A DNA stretch of 59,313 nt from Casimicrobiaceae bacterium (lineage in GTDB: Bacteria > Pseudomonadota > Gammaproteobacteria > Burkholderiales > Casimicrobiaceae). The notes under the pieces are model-generated. The model did no database searches. It was not told the origin of the DNA and saw only the letters and a list, made by a program, of their open reading frames with translations. The stretch spans positions 1-59,313 of the forward strand of contig DASTIY010000177.1 of the NCBI GenBank assembly GCA_035717085.1, given 5' to 3'. Every line of letters begins with the position of its first letter. Within the stretch, counting starts at the first letter, position 1. The position numbers and the translations under genes were made by a program. This document shows, piece after piece, positions 40,706 through 54,618 of this stretch.

Positions 40706-41652
40706 GCCGGCACGCGAACGAGCTCTTCTGGATCGCCCGGCACGTCGAGCGCGCGGAGAACACCGCGCGGCTCCTCGACGTCACGTACCGCACGTCGCTG
40801 CTGCCCTACGAGGTTGGACAGACGGGCCTCGCGTGGGCGCACCCGTGGTCGGTGCCGCTGATCACGCTCGGCCTCGCCAGCGCCTATTACGAGCGCTACG
40901 ACACGCTCGCCGCCGAGCAGGCGCTGCGTTTCATGATCCTCGATCCGACGAACCCGTCGTCGATCTATACGTGCCTGCGCGCCGCCCGGGAGTCGGCGCG
41001 CACGGTGCGCGGTGCAATCACATCCGAGATGTACGAGGACCTGAACGCGACGTGGATCGAGATGCGCGGCTTCGATTACGCCGACGTCGAGGCGCGCGGC
41101 GTCGCGGATTTCCTCGACTGGGTGAAGATGCGCTCGCACCTCTTTCGCGGCGTCACCTTCGGCACGATGCTGCGCGACGAGGCCTACCACTTCATCCGCC
41201 TCGGCACCCACATGGAACGCGCCGACAACACCGCGCGCATCCTGGATACCAAGTACCACATCCTGCTGCCGTCGGTGGCCGACGTCGGCGGGGCGGTCGA
41301 CTATTACCAGTGGGCGTCGCTGCTGCAGTCGCTGTCGGCGTTCGAGTCGTACCGCAAGATCTACAGCGACGTGATTGCGCCGCGGCGCATTGCCGAGCTC
41401 CTCCTCCTGCGCGACGACATGCCGCGCTCCTTGAGAAGCTGCATGTGGTTCATCCACGAAACGCTCGCCAAGCTCTGCGACGAGCAGAGCCGCGACGTCG
41501 AGCGCATGGCCGGCGAGCTGCATGCGCGGCTCGCCTACGCCCGCACCGACGAGATCATCGCGTTCGGCCTGCACGAGTACCTCACCGCGTTCCTGGAACA
41601 TATCGCCCGCCTGGGCGACGAAGTGAGCAGGGCGTTCCTCGTGCCCGGTTGA
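40699..41652 (+). CDS. Alpha-E domain protein (DUF403)
   Basis: LSR.A..LFWIARHVERAENTAR, ARESAR, ERADNTAR, PRS, GLHEYL. Confidence 0.93.
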   Translation: MLSRHANELFWIARHVERAENTARLLDVTYRTSLLPYEVGQTGLAWAHPWSVPLITLGLASAYYERYDTLAAEQALRFMILDPTNPSSIYTCLRAARESARTVRGAITSEMYEDLNATWIEMRGFDYADVEARGVADFLDWVKMRSHLFRGVTFGTMLRDEAYHFIRLGTHMERADNTARILDTKYHILLPSVADVGGAVDYYQWASLLQSLSAFESYRKIYSDVIAPRRIAELLLLRDDMPRSLRSCMWFIHETLAKLCDEQSRDVERMAGELHARLAYARTDEIIAFGLHEYLTAFLEHIARLGDEVSRAFLVPG

Positions 41653-41724
41653 ATCGATCGTCAGCGGCCTTCGCAAGGTCCTTTAAACTCATTCCTTTGC
41701 CGCCGACAGTTCAACTGCCTTCTC

Positions 41725-42456
41725 ATGACCTATTGCGTTGCCATGTCGCTCGACGCCGGGATGATCTTCGCGTCGGACTCGCGCACGAACGCCGGTGTCG
41801 ACCACATCGCCCGCTTCTCGAAGATGCGCGTGTTCGCGCGCGACGCCGATCGCGTGATCGTCACGCTCTCGTCGGGGAACCTGTCGGTCACGCAGAACGC
41901 GATCAACATCCTCGAGCAACAGGCGCGTAGCGGCGACGGCGACGTCGACCTGTGGACGGCGAAGTCGATGTTCGAGGTGGCGCGGATGCTCGGCGACGCG
42001 CTGCGCGAGGTGCGGGCGCGCGACGGCCCGTACATGGTCCAGAACAACATCGACGCGTCCGCCAACTTCATCGTCGGCGGGCAGATCCAGGGCGAGGCGT
42101 CGCGCCTGTTCGAGGTCTACAGCGAAGGCAACTTCATCGAGGCGACGCCGGACACCTGCTACTTCCAGATCGGCGAATCGAAATACGGCAAGCCGGTGAT
42201 CGATCGCGTCGTCCACCGCGGCACGTCGCTGCTCGACGCGACGAAGTGCACGATCGTGTCGTTCGACTCGACGATGCGCTCGAACATCTCGGTCGGCCTG
42301 CCGATCGACCTGCTGGTCTACGAAACGGGCAGCCTCAAGGTGCGGCTGCAGCGGCGCATCCAGGAATTCGATCCGTATTTCCAGCTGATCCATCATCAGT
42401 GGGGCGAGGGGTTGCGCCGCGTGTTCGCGCAGTTGCCGGATCCGGATTGGCTCTGA
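41725..42456 (+). CDS. Anbu proteasome-type Ntn hydrolase
   Basis: MTYCVA (Thr1), SDSRTNAGVD, GNLSVTQ, QIGESKYGKP, SNISVGLP. Confidence 0.93.
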   Translation: MTYCVAMSLDAGMIFASDSRTNAGVDHIARFSKMRVFARDADRVIVTLSSGNLSVTQNAINILEQQARSGDGDVDLWTAKSMFEVARMLGDALREVRARDGPYMVQNNIDASANFIVGGQIQGEASRLFEVYSEGNFIEATPDTCYFQIGESKYGKPVIDRVVHRGTSLLDATKCTIVSFDSTMRSNISVGLPIDLLVYETGSLKVRLQRRIQEFDPYFQLIHHQWGEGLRRVFAQLPDPDWL

Positions 42457-42457
42457 C

Positions 42458-45400
42458 TTGCCGCTGCGCGTCGCCCTTTCGCACCGCACGACCTATCGCT
42501 ACGACCGCGACGTCACGCTGTCGCCGCACGAGATCCGGCTGCGGCCGGCGCCGCACTGTCGCACGCCGATCCTCGCGTACTCGCTCGCGATCGAGCCGCG
42601 CAACCACTTCCTGAACTGGCAGCAGGACCCTTACGGCAATTACGTCGCGCGCGTCGTCTTCCCCGAGCGCACCGCGAAGCTCGACGTCACCGTCGACCTC
42701 GTCGCCGAGCTCGCCGTCTTCAATCCGTTCGACTTCTTCGTCGAGCCGTATGCGGAAGCGTTTCCGTTCGCCTATGCCCCGACGCTCGCAAAGGAGCTCG
42801 CGCCGTTCCTCGAGCCCAGCGAAGGGGGCGACGCGCTCGAGCAGTGGGTGGCGCGCTTTCGCGCCGGAATGACCGCGTCGTCCACGGTGGATGCGCTCGT
42901 CGCCGTGAACCAGGCACTCAAGCGCGACATTGCCTACGTGCTGCGGATGGAGCCCGGCGTGCAGGCGCCCGACGAGACGCTCGAGCTCGCCCGGGGCTCG
43001 TGCCGGGACTCGGCATGGCTGCTGGTGCAGGTCCTGCGCCGACTCGGCGTGGCGGCGCGCTTCGCGTCGGGCTACCTGATCCAGCTCGTGCCCGATGTGC
43101 CACCGCTCGACGGTGCGCCGATGCTCGAGCGCGACTTCACCGACCTGCACGCGTGGGCGGAAGCGTACGTGCCGGGCGCCGGGTGGATCGGGCTCGATCC
43201 GACGTCGGGCCTGCTCGCCGGCGAAGGCCATGTGCCGCTTGCGTGCACGGCGAGCCCCGGTAGCGCAGCGCCGATCACCGGCCTCGCCGACATCGCGAAC
43301 GTCGAGTTCGGTTTCACCATGCGCGTGGCGCGCGTCGACGAGGTCGCGCGCGTGACGCGTCCTTACAGCGACCCGCAATGGGAGGCGATCGAAACGCTCG
43401 GCGAGCATGTGGACTCGGCGCTGCGCGCAGGCGACATCCGCCTTACGCAAGGCGGCGAGCCGACGTTCGTGGCGATCGACCGTGTGGACGCCCCCGAGTG
43501 GAACACGACGGCGCTGTCCGCCACGAAGCTCGAATGCGCGCGTCGGCTGGTGCGACGGTTGAAGCAGCGCTTCGCGCCGCAGGGCCTGCTGCACGAAGGG
43601 CAGGGTAAGTGGTATCCCGGCGAGCCGCTGCCGCGCTGGGCGCTGGGGCTCTTCTGGTGCACCGACGGCGCGCCGCTGTGGCGCGACGAAGCGCTGCTCG
43701 CCGACGCAGCCGAGGCCGGATCGGCGACGCTCGACGAGGCGCGCAACGTCATCGTCACGCTCGCCGAACGACTGCGCGTCGATGCGCGAAACATCGTCGC
43801 AGTCGACGAGGCGCGCGGAAGCGACGTGTCCGTGATCGGCTTCGTGCTGCCGCTTCGCGCACGCGAGAACGCAAACGACCCGGAGCGCTGGACGAGTTGC
43901 ACGTGGCCGGCGTCCTCCGACGGTCGATTGCGCGCGATCGCGGGCGACTCTCCACTGGGGCTTCGCCTGCCGCTGGCGTCGATTCCCGAGGATGCGCCCC
44001 TGCGAACCGCGCTCGCGGTCGAGGTGCGCAATGGACAGGTCGCGGTGTTCGTGCCGCCGATCGATCGGGTCGACGATTACGGCGCGCTGATCGCGACGAT
44101 CGAAGCAACGGCGTCGGCATTGCGCCGTGCGCTGCTGATCGAGGGCTATCCGCCGCCGCGCGATCCGCGCATTCGCACGCTGTTCGTGACGCCGGACCCC
44201 GGCGTGCTCGAAGTCAACGTGCCGCCGGCCACGACGTGGCGCGAACTCGTCGACCTGAATTCGGCCTTGTACGAGGAAGCACGGCTGGCGCGGCTCACCA
44301 CCGAGAAATTCATGCTCGACGGCCGCCATGTCGGCACCGGCGGCGGAAATCACGTCACGCTCGGCGGCGCGAGCGTGCAGGAGAGTCCGTTGCTGCGGCG
44401 TCCGGACCTCCTGCAAAGCCTCGTCGCGTATTGGCAGACCCACCCGGCGCTTTCGTTTCTGTTCTCCGGGCACTTCGTCGGGCCCACCAGCCAGGCGCCG
44501 CGCGTCGACGAGGCGCGCGACGACTGCCTCTACGAACTCGCCATCGCATTCCAGCAACTCGATGGATTGCCCGCCTGGGATCCCGAAGCGTTCGACGTCG
44601 CGCATCGCGACGTGCGGTTCGAGGACCACGCGAAGACCGTCGACCGCCTGCTGCGGCATCTGCTGACCGACCTCACCGGGAACACGCATCGCGCGGAGTT
44701 CTCGATCGACAAGCTTTATTCACCCGATACGTCGACGGGACGCCTGGGCCTGCTCGAGTTTCGCGCGTTCGAGATGCCGCCGCATCCGCGGATGGCAGCG
44801 GTGCAGATGCTCCTGCTTCGCGCGCTCGTCGCGCGCTTCTGGCAGGCGCCGTATCGCGCGGCACTGATCCCGTGGGGCACGGCATTGCACGACCGCTGGA
44901 TGCTGCCGCATTTCGTCGTCGCCGACTTGCTCGACGTCCTCGCGGACCTGCGCGCGCATGGCTTCGATTTTTCCCCGGCCTGGTTCGACGCGTTCATCGA
45001 ATTCCGCTTCCCCCGTTACGGCAGCGTCGCCTACGACGGCCTGACGCTCGAATTGCGCGAGGCGATCGAGCCGTGGCATGTGCTCGGCGAGGAGATCCAT
45101 CGCGGCGGCACGTCGCGCTACGTCGATTCGTCGGTCGAGCGGCTGCAGGTCAAGGCGACCGGGTTCACGCCGCAGCGCCACGCGATCACCTGTAACGATC
45201 GCGTGCTGCCCATGACCCCAACGGCCGTTCCTGGCGAATTCGTTGCCGGTGTCCGGTTCAAGGCGTGGAACCCGCCTTCGTCGCTGCATCCCACGATCGG
45301 CGTGCAGTCGCCGCTGCGCTTCACCATCGTCGATCGTCATGTCCTGCGCGCGATCGGCGGCTGTACGTATCATGTCGCGCATCCCGGTGGCCGCAGCTAC

Positions 45401-45553
45401 GACACGTTCCCGGTGAACGCGCAGGAGGCGGAGGCTCGCCGCATCGCGCGCTTCACGCCGCACGGCCATGCGGGCGGACGCATCGAACTGCATGACGAGC
45501 CGCCCAATCCGGCGACGCCGACGACGCTCGATCTTCGTTGGAACCCGACATGA
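42458..45553 (+). CDS. Transglutaminase-like plus DUF2126 (putative amidoligase) fusion
   Basis: HRTTYRY, LRPAPH, triad GSCRD / DLHAW / LDPT; [44 protein letters not shown]. Confidence 0.92.
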   Translation: MPLRVALSHRTTYRYDRDVTLSPHEIRLRPAPHCRTPILAYSLAIEPRNHFLNWQQDPYGNYVARVVFPERTAKLDVTVDLVAELAVFNPFDFFVEPYAEAFPFAYAPTLAKELAPFLEPSEGGDALEQWVARFRAGMTASSTVDALVAVNQALKRDIAYVLRMEPGVQAPDETLELARGSCRDSAWLLVQVLRRLGVAARFASGYLIQLVPDVPPLDGAPMLERDFTDLHAWAEAYVPGAGWIGLDPTSGLLAGEGHVPLACTASPGSAAPITGLADIANVEFGFTMRVARVDEVARVTRPYSDPQWEAIETLGEHVDSALRAGDIRLTQGGEPTFVAIDRVDAPEWNTTALSATKLECARRLVRRLKQRFAPQGLLHEGQGKWYPGEPLPRWALGLFWCTDGAPLWRDEALLADAAEAGSATLDEARNVIVTLAERLRVDARNIVAVDEARGSDVSVIGFVLPLRARENANDPERWTSCTWPASSDGRLRAIAGDSPLGLRLPLASIPEDAPLRTALAVEVRNGQVAVFVPPIDRVDDYGALIATIEATASALRRALLIEGYPPPRDPRIRTLFVTPDPGVLEVNVPPATTWRELVDLNSALYEEARLARLTTEKFMLDGRHVGTGGGNHVTLGGASVQESPLLRRPDLLQSLVAYWQTHPALSFLFSGHFVGPTSQAPRVDEARDDCLYELAIAFQQLDGLPAWDPEAFDVAHRDVRFEDHAKTVDRLLRHLLTDLTGNTHRAEFSIDKLYSPDTSTGRLGLLEFRAFEMPPHPRMAAVQMLLLRALVARFWQAPYRAALIPWGTALHDRWMLPHFVVADLLDVLADLRAHGFDFSPAWFDAFIEFRFPRYGSVAYDGLTLELREAIEPWHVLGEEIHRGGTSRYVDSSVERLQVKATGFTPQRHAITCNDRVLPMTPTAVPGEFVAGVRFKAWNPPSSLHPTIGVQSPLRFTIVDRHVLRAIGGCTYHVAHPGGRSYDTFPVNAQEAEARRIARFTPHGHAGGRIELHDEPPNPATPTTLDLRWNPT

Positions 45554-46971
45554 CCGTTCGCACCCGCTTCGCCCCCAGCCCAACCGGCTTCCTGCACCTG
45601 GGGAATATCCGCTCGGCGCTGTTTCCGTGGGCGTTTGCGCGGCATCACGGCGGCACGTTCATCCTGCGCATCGAGGACACCGATCTCGAGCGGTCGACGC
45701 CGGAGGCGACGCAGGCGATCGTCGACGCGATGCAGTGGCTGGGGCTGGCCTACGATGAAGGCCCGTACCATCAGATGCAGCGGATGGATCGCTATCGCGC
45801 GGTGCTGGACGATCTGCTCGCGCGCGGGCTCGCGTACCGCTGCTACACGACGCCCGCCGAGCTCGACGCATTGCGTGCGGAACAGATGGCGCGGGGCGAG
45901 AAGCCGCGCTACGACGGCCGTTGGCGTCCCGAGAACGCGCGAGGCAAGACAGCGCCACCCGGTGTCGCGCCCGTGTATCGCTTTCGCAACCCCGACGACG
46001 GCGTCGTCGCGTGGGACGACGCGGTCAAGGGCCGGATCGAGATCGCCAACGCCGAGCTCGACGATCTCGTGATCGCGCGCGCCGATCACACGCCGACCTA
46101 CAACTTCTGCGTGGTCGTCGACGACGTCGACATGCGCATCACGCACGTGATCCGCGGCGACGACCACGTCAATAACACACCGCGGCAGATCAACATCATG
46201 CGTGCGCTGGGCGCTTCGCCGCCGGTGTACGCGCACCTGCCGACGGTCCTGACACCGGCCGGCGAGCGGCTGTCGAAGCGACACGGCGCGCGCGGCGTGT
46301 TGCAGTATCGCGACGACGGCTACGTGCCGGAGGCGATGGTCAACTACCTCGCGCGCCTCGGCTGGTCGCATGGCGATGCGGAAGTATTCGACGTCGACGC
46401 GTTCGTGCAGTGGTTCGATCTGTCGGGCCTCACGCCGTCGCCCGCGCGCTTCGATCCCGAGAAGCTGCGCTGGCTCAATCACGAGCACCTGAAGCGGCTC
46501 GATGTCGCGGAGGTGGGACGACGCCTGGAGCCGTTCCTGCGCGCGGAGGGCATCGACGCGTCACGAGGACCGCCCGTCGAGCGCGTGGCGGCTCTGCTGC
46601 GCGAGCGCGCTCCGACGCTCGTCGAGATGGCGGAGGCGGCGCACTATTTCTATCGGGCGCCGAGCGTCGATCGGGTCATGCTCGGCGGGCAATTGAACGA
46701 CGCCAATCGCGACGCGCTGGCTGAATTGCACGAAGCGTTCGGGACGATCGCGTGGGAACGGGACGCGATCGGGGCCACGATCAAGGCTGCGGCGAGCCGC
46801 CACGCTCTGAAGGCACCGCAGGTCATGATGCCGCTGCGCGCGCTCGTCGCAGGATCGCTCAAGACGCCTGCGATCGACGCCGTCCTCGAACTCGTCGGCC
46901 GCGATGCGACGCGCGAGCGAATGGCGCGCGGCCTCGCGCTGCACGGATCTGCACCGCCGAGCGTGGGATAA
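45550..46971 (+). CDS. gltX: Glutamate-tRNA ligase
   Basis: [30 protein letters not shown]; anticodon domain present (473 aa). Confidence 0.95.
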   Translation: MTVRTRFAPSPTGFLHLGNIRSALFPWAFARHHGGTFILRIEDTDLERSTPEATQAIVDAMQWLGLAYDEGPYHQMQRMDRYRAVLDDLLARGLAYRCYTTPAELDALRAEQMARGEKPRYDGRWRPENARGKTAPPGVAPVYRFRNPDDGVVAWDDAVKGRIEIANAELDDLVIARADHTPTYNFCVVVDDVDMRITHVIRGDDHVNNTPRQINIMRALGASPPVYAHLPTVLTPAGERLSKRHGARGVLQYRDDGYVPEAMVNYLARLGWSHGDAEVFDVDAFVQWFDLSGLTPSPARFDPEKLRWLNHEHLKRLDVAEVGRRLEPFLRAEGIDASRGPPVERVAALLRERAPTLVEMAEAAHYFYRAPSVDRVMLGGQLNDANRDALAELHEAFGTIAWERDAIGATIKAAASRHALKAPQVMMPLRALVAGSLKTPAIDAVLELVGRDATRERMARGLALHGSAPPSVG

Positions 46972-48792
<1,821 letters not shown>

Positions 48793-48828
48793 GATGAAGA
48801 GGCAAACACCCACTCGATTCGCTGCGTC

Positions 48829-49656
48829 GTGAATCTCTGCGGCTACGACGTCGGGCTCGAGCGTCCGGTCTTTCTCATCGCCGGACCCTGCGTCGTCGAA
48901 TCGCGCCAGCTGCAGATCGACGTCGCCGGCGAGTTGAAGGCGATCTGCGCCGACCTCGAAATCCCGTTCGTCTTCAAGTCGTCGTACGACAAGGCGAACC
49001 GCAGTTCGCATACGAGTTTCCGCGGGCCGGGGATGGAGGAGGGGCTGCGCATCCTCGCCGACGTGCGCCAACACGTCGCCGTACCGGTGCTCACCGACGT
49101 CCACGCCGTGGACGAGATCGAGATGGCCGCATCGGTCGTCGACGCGCTGCAGACGCCCGCGTTTCTTTGTCGACAGACCGATTTCATCCAGGCCGTCGCG
49201 CGCACCGGCAAGCCGGTCAACATCAAGAAGGGTCAATTCCTGGCCCCCGACGACATGAAGCAGGTCGTCGCGAAGGCGAAGGCGGCGAGCGGCATGGACA
49301 ACATCCTCGTCTGCGAGCGCGGCGCGTCGTTCGGCTATCACAACCTCGTCTCCGACATGCGCGCCCTCGCGATCATGCGCGACACCGGCTGTCCGGTGGT
49401 GTTCGACGCGACGCATTCGGTGCAACTGCCCGGTGGCCGCGGAACGTCTTCGGGCGGCGAGCGCCAGTTCGTGCCCGTCCTCGCGCGGGCTGCGGTCGCC
49501 GCCGGCGTCGCGGGCATCTTCATGGAGACCCATCCGAATCCCGACGCTGCGCTGTCCGACGGCCCGAATGCGTGGCCGCTTTCGCGCATGCGCGAGCTCC
49601 TCGAAACGCTCAAGGAAGTCGATGCCGTGGTGAAGGCGCACGGATTTTCCGAAGTT

Positions 49657-49674
<18 letters not shown>
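48829..49674 (+). CDS. kdsA: KDO 8-phosphate synthase
   Basis: [35 protein letters not shown]. Confidence 0.97.
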
Positions 49675-50974
<1,300 letters not shown>

Positions 50975-50994
50975 CGCGCAACTTCGCCACTGAC

Positions 50995-51336
50995 ATGCGC
51001 TGGCTTGCCCTCACGTTCGTCGCGTTGATCGTCGCGCTGCAGTATCCGATGTGGCTCGGGAAGGGAGGCTGGCTGCAGGTCCGCGAGTACGAGCGCCAGC
51101 TCGCAGCGCAGCGTGACGTGAACGCGAAGCTCAAGGCACGCAACGATGCGCTCGACGCCGACGTGCGCGACCTCAAGGCCGGCTACGAGGCGATCGAGGA
51201 GCGCGCGCGCGCCGACCTCGGCATGATTCGCAACGACGAGGTCTTCTTCCAGATCGAGACCGGCGGCGCGGGTGTGAAGCCGCCGGCGCCGAAGCCTGCA
51301 TCAACGCCTGCGCCCAGGAAGAAGACCGAGAAGTAG
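50995..51336 (+). CDS. ftsB: Cell division protein FtsB
   Basis: [11 protein letters not shown], coiled coil, [13 protein letters not shown]; follows eno. Confidence 0.93.
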   Translation: MRWLALTFVALIVALQYPMWLGKGGWLQVREYERQLAAQRDVNAKLKARNDALDADVRDLKAGYEAIEERARADLGMIRNDEVFFQIETGGAGVKPPAPKPASTPAPRKKTEK

Positions 51337-51357
51337 GGTCGGACCCGGGTCAGGCCC
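51336..51357. repeat. Third copy of the 22-bp REP-like element
   Basis: GGGTCGGACCCGGGTCAGGCCC, 21/22 identical to 29350-29371. Confidence 0.75.
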
Positions 51358-51367
51358 TGCTTTTCGC

Positions 51368-52177
51368 ATGCGGCGCATCGAAAGTAGGCACAACGAGCAC
51401 CTGCGTGAAGTCGCGCGTCTGATCGCGTCGTCGCGCGACCGGCGCAAATCCGGGCGGTGCGTCCTCGAGGGTGTACATCTCGTCGACGTCTATGTCGGTC
51501 GCGTCGGCGCGCCCGAGACGCTCGTCGTGCTCGACGATGCGCGCGAGCGAAGCGATGTGCAGGCAGTGCTGCAGCGCGTTCCGGAGAGTCGCACGTTCAT
51601 CGTCACGCGCGCGCGCTTCGCGGAACTCGCGACATCGCCTGCCGATGTCGGTGTGCTCGCGGTCGTCGCCACGCCGAAGTTCGCGATCTCCCCGAGCGCC
51701 GGATTCTGTCTGCTGATCGACGACATCCAGGATCCCGGGAACGTCGGCTCGATCATCCGCACGGCGGCGGCGGCGGGCGTCGAGCAGGTGCTGCTGTCTT
51801 CGCACAGCGCGTTCGCCTGGGCGCCCAAGGTCCTGCGGGCCGCGCAGGGTGCGCACTTCCTGACGAACGTCGTCGAGGACGTCGACCTCGTCGGGTGGGT
51901 GCAATCGTTTCGTGCAGCGGGCGGGCGCGTCTTCGCGACCGTCGTGGACGGCGCGTCATCGCTCTACGACGCGAACCTGTGCGGCCGCATCGCGTTCGTG
52001 ACCGGAAGCGAAGGGCAGGGCGTGTCGCAGCCGCTGCGCGAGAAGGTGGACGCCGCGGTGACGATTCCGATGGCGACCGGCAATGAATCGCTGAACGCCG
52101 CTGCTGCGACGGCCGTCGTGCTCTTCGAGGCGGTGCGCCAGCGAAGGACGACGCAGGATTTAGGATCGGAGATCTAG
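51368..52177 (+). CDS. TrmH/SpoU family RNA methyltransferase
   Basis: IQDPGNVGSIIRTAAAAG, GSEGQGVS, IPM..ESLN. Confidence 0.92.
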   Translation: MRRIESRHNEHLREVARLIASSRDRRKSGRCVLEGVHLVDVYVGRVGAPETLVVLDDARERSDVQAVLQRVPESRTFIVTRARFAELATSPADVGVLAVVATPKFAISPSAGFCLLIDDIQDPGNVGSIIRTAAAAGVEQVLLSSHSAFAWAPKVLRAAQGAHFLTNVVEDVDLVGWVQSFRAAGGRVFATVVDGASSLYDANLCGRIAFVTGSEGQGVSQPLREKVDAAVTIPMATGNESLNAAAATAVVLFEAVRQRRTTQDLGSEI

Positions 52178-52230
52178 GATTGAGGATCGATGGAGCGCGA
52201 AAGCATTGACTCGATCCTCGATCCTCGCCC
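52155..52230. repeat. Inverted heptamer arrays between convergent genes
   Basis: aggattt aggatcg gagatct aggattg aggatcg, then ctcgatc ctcgatc ctcgccc. Confidence 0.7.
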
Positions 52231-53058
52231 CTAATAAATATGCCGCTCCAGCTTCGCGCGATGCAGGATCGTCGTCGAGATCTCCTCGATCGACTTCGAC
52301 GTGGTGTCGAGCATCGGCACGTTGTACTCGTGCATGAGGTGCTCCGCCTCGCGCACTTCATGCCGGCAGTTGTCGAGTTGCGCGTAGCGGCTGCCCGGGC
52401 GCCGCTCCTCGCGGATCTCGTGCAGGCGGTCGGGCTGGATAGTCAACCCGAAGAGCCGCTCGCGAAACGGCAGCACCGACGCCGGTAGTCGTCGATCCGC
52501 GAAGTCGTCGGGCGTGAGCGGAAAGTTGGCGGCGCGCACGCCGAACTGCAGTGCGAGATAGAGCGACGTCGGGGTCTTGCCGCAACGCGAGACGCCGATC
52601 AGGATCACCTGCGCCTTGTCGAGGTCACGCGTGAGCGCGCCGTCGTCGTACGCCTGCGTGAAGTTGATCGCCTCCATCCGCGCGAAGTACTCGTGGCTGT
52701 TCGCGACGCCGTGCGAGCGTCCGGCCGCATGCGAGCTCTTGAGCCCGAGCTCCGCCTCGAGCGGCTGGATGAACGTCTGGAACATGTCGAGCGTCAGCGC
52801 GTTCGTCTCGCGCCGGATCGTCTCGCTCATCGTCTCGTCGACGACCGAGCTGACGACGATCGGTCGTCGGCCTTCGGCCGTCGCCGTCGCGTTCACCTGG
52901 CGTACCGCATCGGCGACCTTCTCGGTGGAATCGACGAACGGGATCGTCACCCGATGGAAATGCAGGTCTTCGAACTGCGTGAGCAGGCTGTTGCCGAGCA
53001 TCTCCGCGGTAATGCCCGTGCGGTCCGAGATGAAAAATACGGTACGCCGCTCGGTCAT
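52231..53058 (-). CDS. ppsR: PEP synthase regulatory kinase/pyrophosphorylase
   Basis: FFISDRTGITAE, GVSRCGKTPTSLYLA, SIEEI. Confidence 0.93.
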   Translation of the reverse strand: MTERRTVFFISDRTGITAEMLGNSLLTQFEDLHFHRVTIPFVDSTEKVADAVRQVNATATAEGRRPIVVSSVVDETMSETIRRETNALTLDMFQTFIQPLEAELGLKSSHAAGRSHGVANSHEYFARMEAINFTQAYDDGALTRDLDKAQVILIGVSRCGKTPTSLYLALQFGVRAANFPLTPDDFADRRLPASVLPFRERLFGLTIQPDRLHEIREERRPGSRYAQLDNCRHEVREAEHLMHEYNVPMLDTTSKSIEEISTTILHRAKLERHIY

Positions 53059-53067
53059 GAACGGGAC

Positions 53068-53898
53068 CTACCAGTCCTGCCACACGGGTTCGACGCGCGG
53101 CGGCAGCGGCGGCAGGTCGCCGAAATCGACGTGGCTCTCGCCTTCGCCGTGGAAATCGGTACCGCACGAGCCACGCAGTCCGAACGTCCGCGCGAACTCG
53201 GCGAATTCGCGGTACTGCGCTGAATCATGCGACGGCGAAATGACCTCGATCGCGTCGCCGCCGAGGTCGCGAAACTCGGCGAACAATTCTTTACGGGCGC
53301 CGCGGTCGATCTTGTACCGCCCCGGATGTGCGATCACCGCCCGCCCGCCGGCATCGTGGATCCACGTCACGGCCTCGTCGAGCGTCGGCCACGCATGCGC
53401 GACGTAACCGGGATTGCCCTTGCTCAGGTAGCGGCGAAAAACGTCTTTCATATCGCGCGCGTGGCCGGCTTCGATGAGAAAACGCGCGAAGTGCGTCCGG
53501 GACACGAGGCGCGCGCTGGTCACGTACGTCAAGGCACCCTCGAACGCGTCGGGGATGCCGGCGTGCGCCAGTGCATCGCCGATGCGGCGCGCGCGGGCGT
53601 CGCGCCCGCGGCGCACGCTGTCGAGTCCGTCGGCGAGCGCTTCGTTGTCGGGGTCCACGCCGAGACCGACGACGTGCAGCGTGGTATCGCGCCAGGTGAC
53701 GGACAGTTCGCTGCCCGGGATGAAGCCGATCCCGGCTTCCCTCGCCGCGTCCCGCGCCTCGGCCAGGCCGGCGAGTTCGTCGTGATCGGTCAGCGCGAGC
53801 ACTTCGACGCCACGTGCGGCAGCCCTTCTCACCACGCCGGTCGGGGACAGGAGCCCGTCCGAGCATGTCGAATGGCAGTGGAGGTCGTATCGCGTCAT
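53068..53898 (-). CDS. PHP-domain phosphoesterase (YciV/TrpH-like)
   Basis: DLHCHSTCSDG, ALTDHD, RTHFA, AHP, GTDFHG. Confidence 0.92.
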   Translation of the reverse strand: MTRYDLHCHSTCSDGLLSPTGVVRRAAARGVEVLALTDHDELAGLAEARDAAREAGIGFIPGSELSVTWRDTTLHVVGLGVDPDNEALADGLDSVRRGRDARARRIGDALAHAGIPDAFEGALTYVTSARLVSRTHFARFLIEAGHARDMKDVFRRYLSKGNPGYVAHAWPTLDEAVTWIHDAGGRAVIAHPGRYKIDRGARKELFAEFRDLGGDAIEVISPSHDSAQYREFAEFARTFGLRGSCGTDFHGEGESHVDFGDLPPLPPRVEPVWQDW

Positions 53899-54034
53899 CG
53901 TTGGCGAACTGTTGTTTTCATGCCGACAGGCGGGCCGCCGGCGAGCGGCCGAAGATCATGGAGGTTGAACGTCCGGCGATATGCCAATGGTATAGTAAGA
54001 ATGCTGTCCAACTCTTTGACCACGCGGAGTTTCC

Positions 54035-54430
54035 GTGAAATTCTTCGATCGCGTTCTGAATCCGAGAGAGATTCGGCGACGCCTGGGCATGAATCAGGAG
54101 CAGTTCTGGACGCAAATCGGCGTCACGCAGAGCGGCGGTTCACGCTACGAGAGCGGTCGCGAAATGCCGCGTCCGGTCAAGGAACTCCTGCGCCTCGTGC
54201 ACGTGGAGCAGATCGACCTGTCGCAGGTGAAGCGGATCGACTTCGAAATCATCAGCTATCTCAAGGAACAGCATCCGGACCTGTATCGGAGCCTGCGGCG
54301 CGCTGCGCGTAATCGCGCAGGAGGCGGTGACGTGTCCGCGTTCGCCGACATCCCGCTGCCTTCACCGGAAGAGCTGGGCCCGCCGAGCGTATCACCGCAA
54401 GCACCCGCGGGCGAAGCGCGCGGCGACTGA
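54035..54430 (+). CDS. XRE/RsaL-like helix-turn-helix regulator
   Basis: NQEQFWTQIGVTQSGGSRYESGREMPRPV; extended -10 TGGTATAGT at 53988-53996. Confidence 0.85.
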   Translation: MKFFDRVLNPREIRRRLGMNQEQFWTQIGVTQSGGSRYESGREMPRPVKELLRLVHVEQIDLSQVKRIDFEIISYLKEQHPDLYRSLRRAARNRAGGGDVSAFADIPLPSPEELGPPSVSPQAPAGEARGD

Positions 54431-54510
54431 GGCGCAGCGCCGCCGAATCGCGCGAGGCGAACGTTCGACAGCGACGCCCGCGCACGCTGATCCGCCGTCG
54501 TACGTCCATC

Positions 54511-54567
54511 GGACGTTTCCGTAATACGGGAACGTCCCGCGCGGTGCGAGAGTCGCGTTGGTAGAAT
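54511..54567 (+). promoter_or_regulatory. 27-bp dyad plus extended -10 upstream of ppsA
   Basis: GGACGTTTCCGTA-A-TACGGGAACGTCC (12/13 arms); TGGTAGAAT at 54559-54567. Confidence 0.5.
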
Positions 54568-54618
54568 CGCGACTCCCTCCGGCGAACGCTCGCGCGCTCG
54601 CGCAACGTCTGCACATTC

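Noticed and set aside
45550-46971. GluQ-RS (YadB) instead of gltX
   Set aside because: Full length with the anticodon-binding domain
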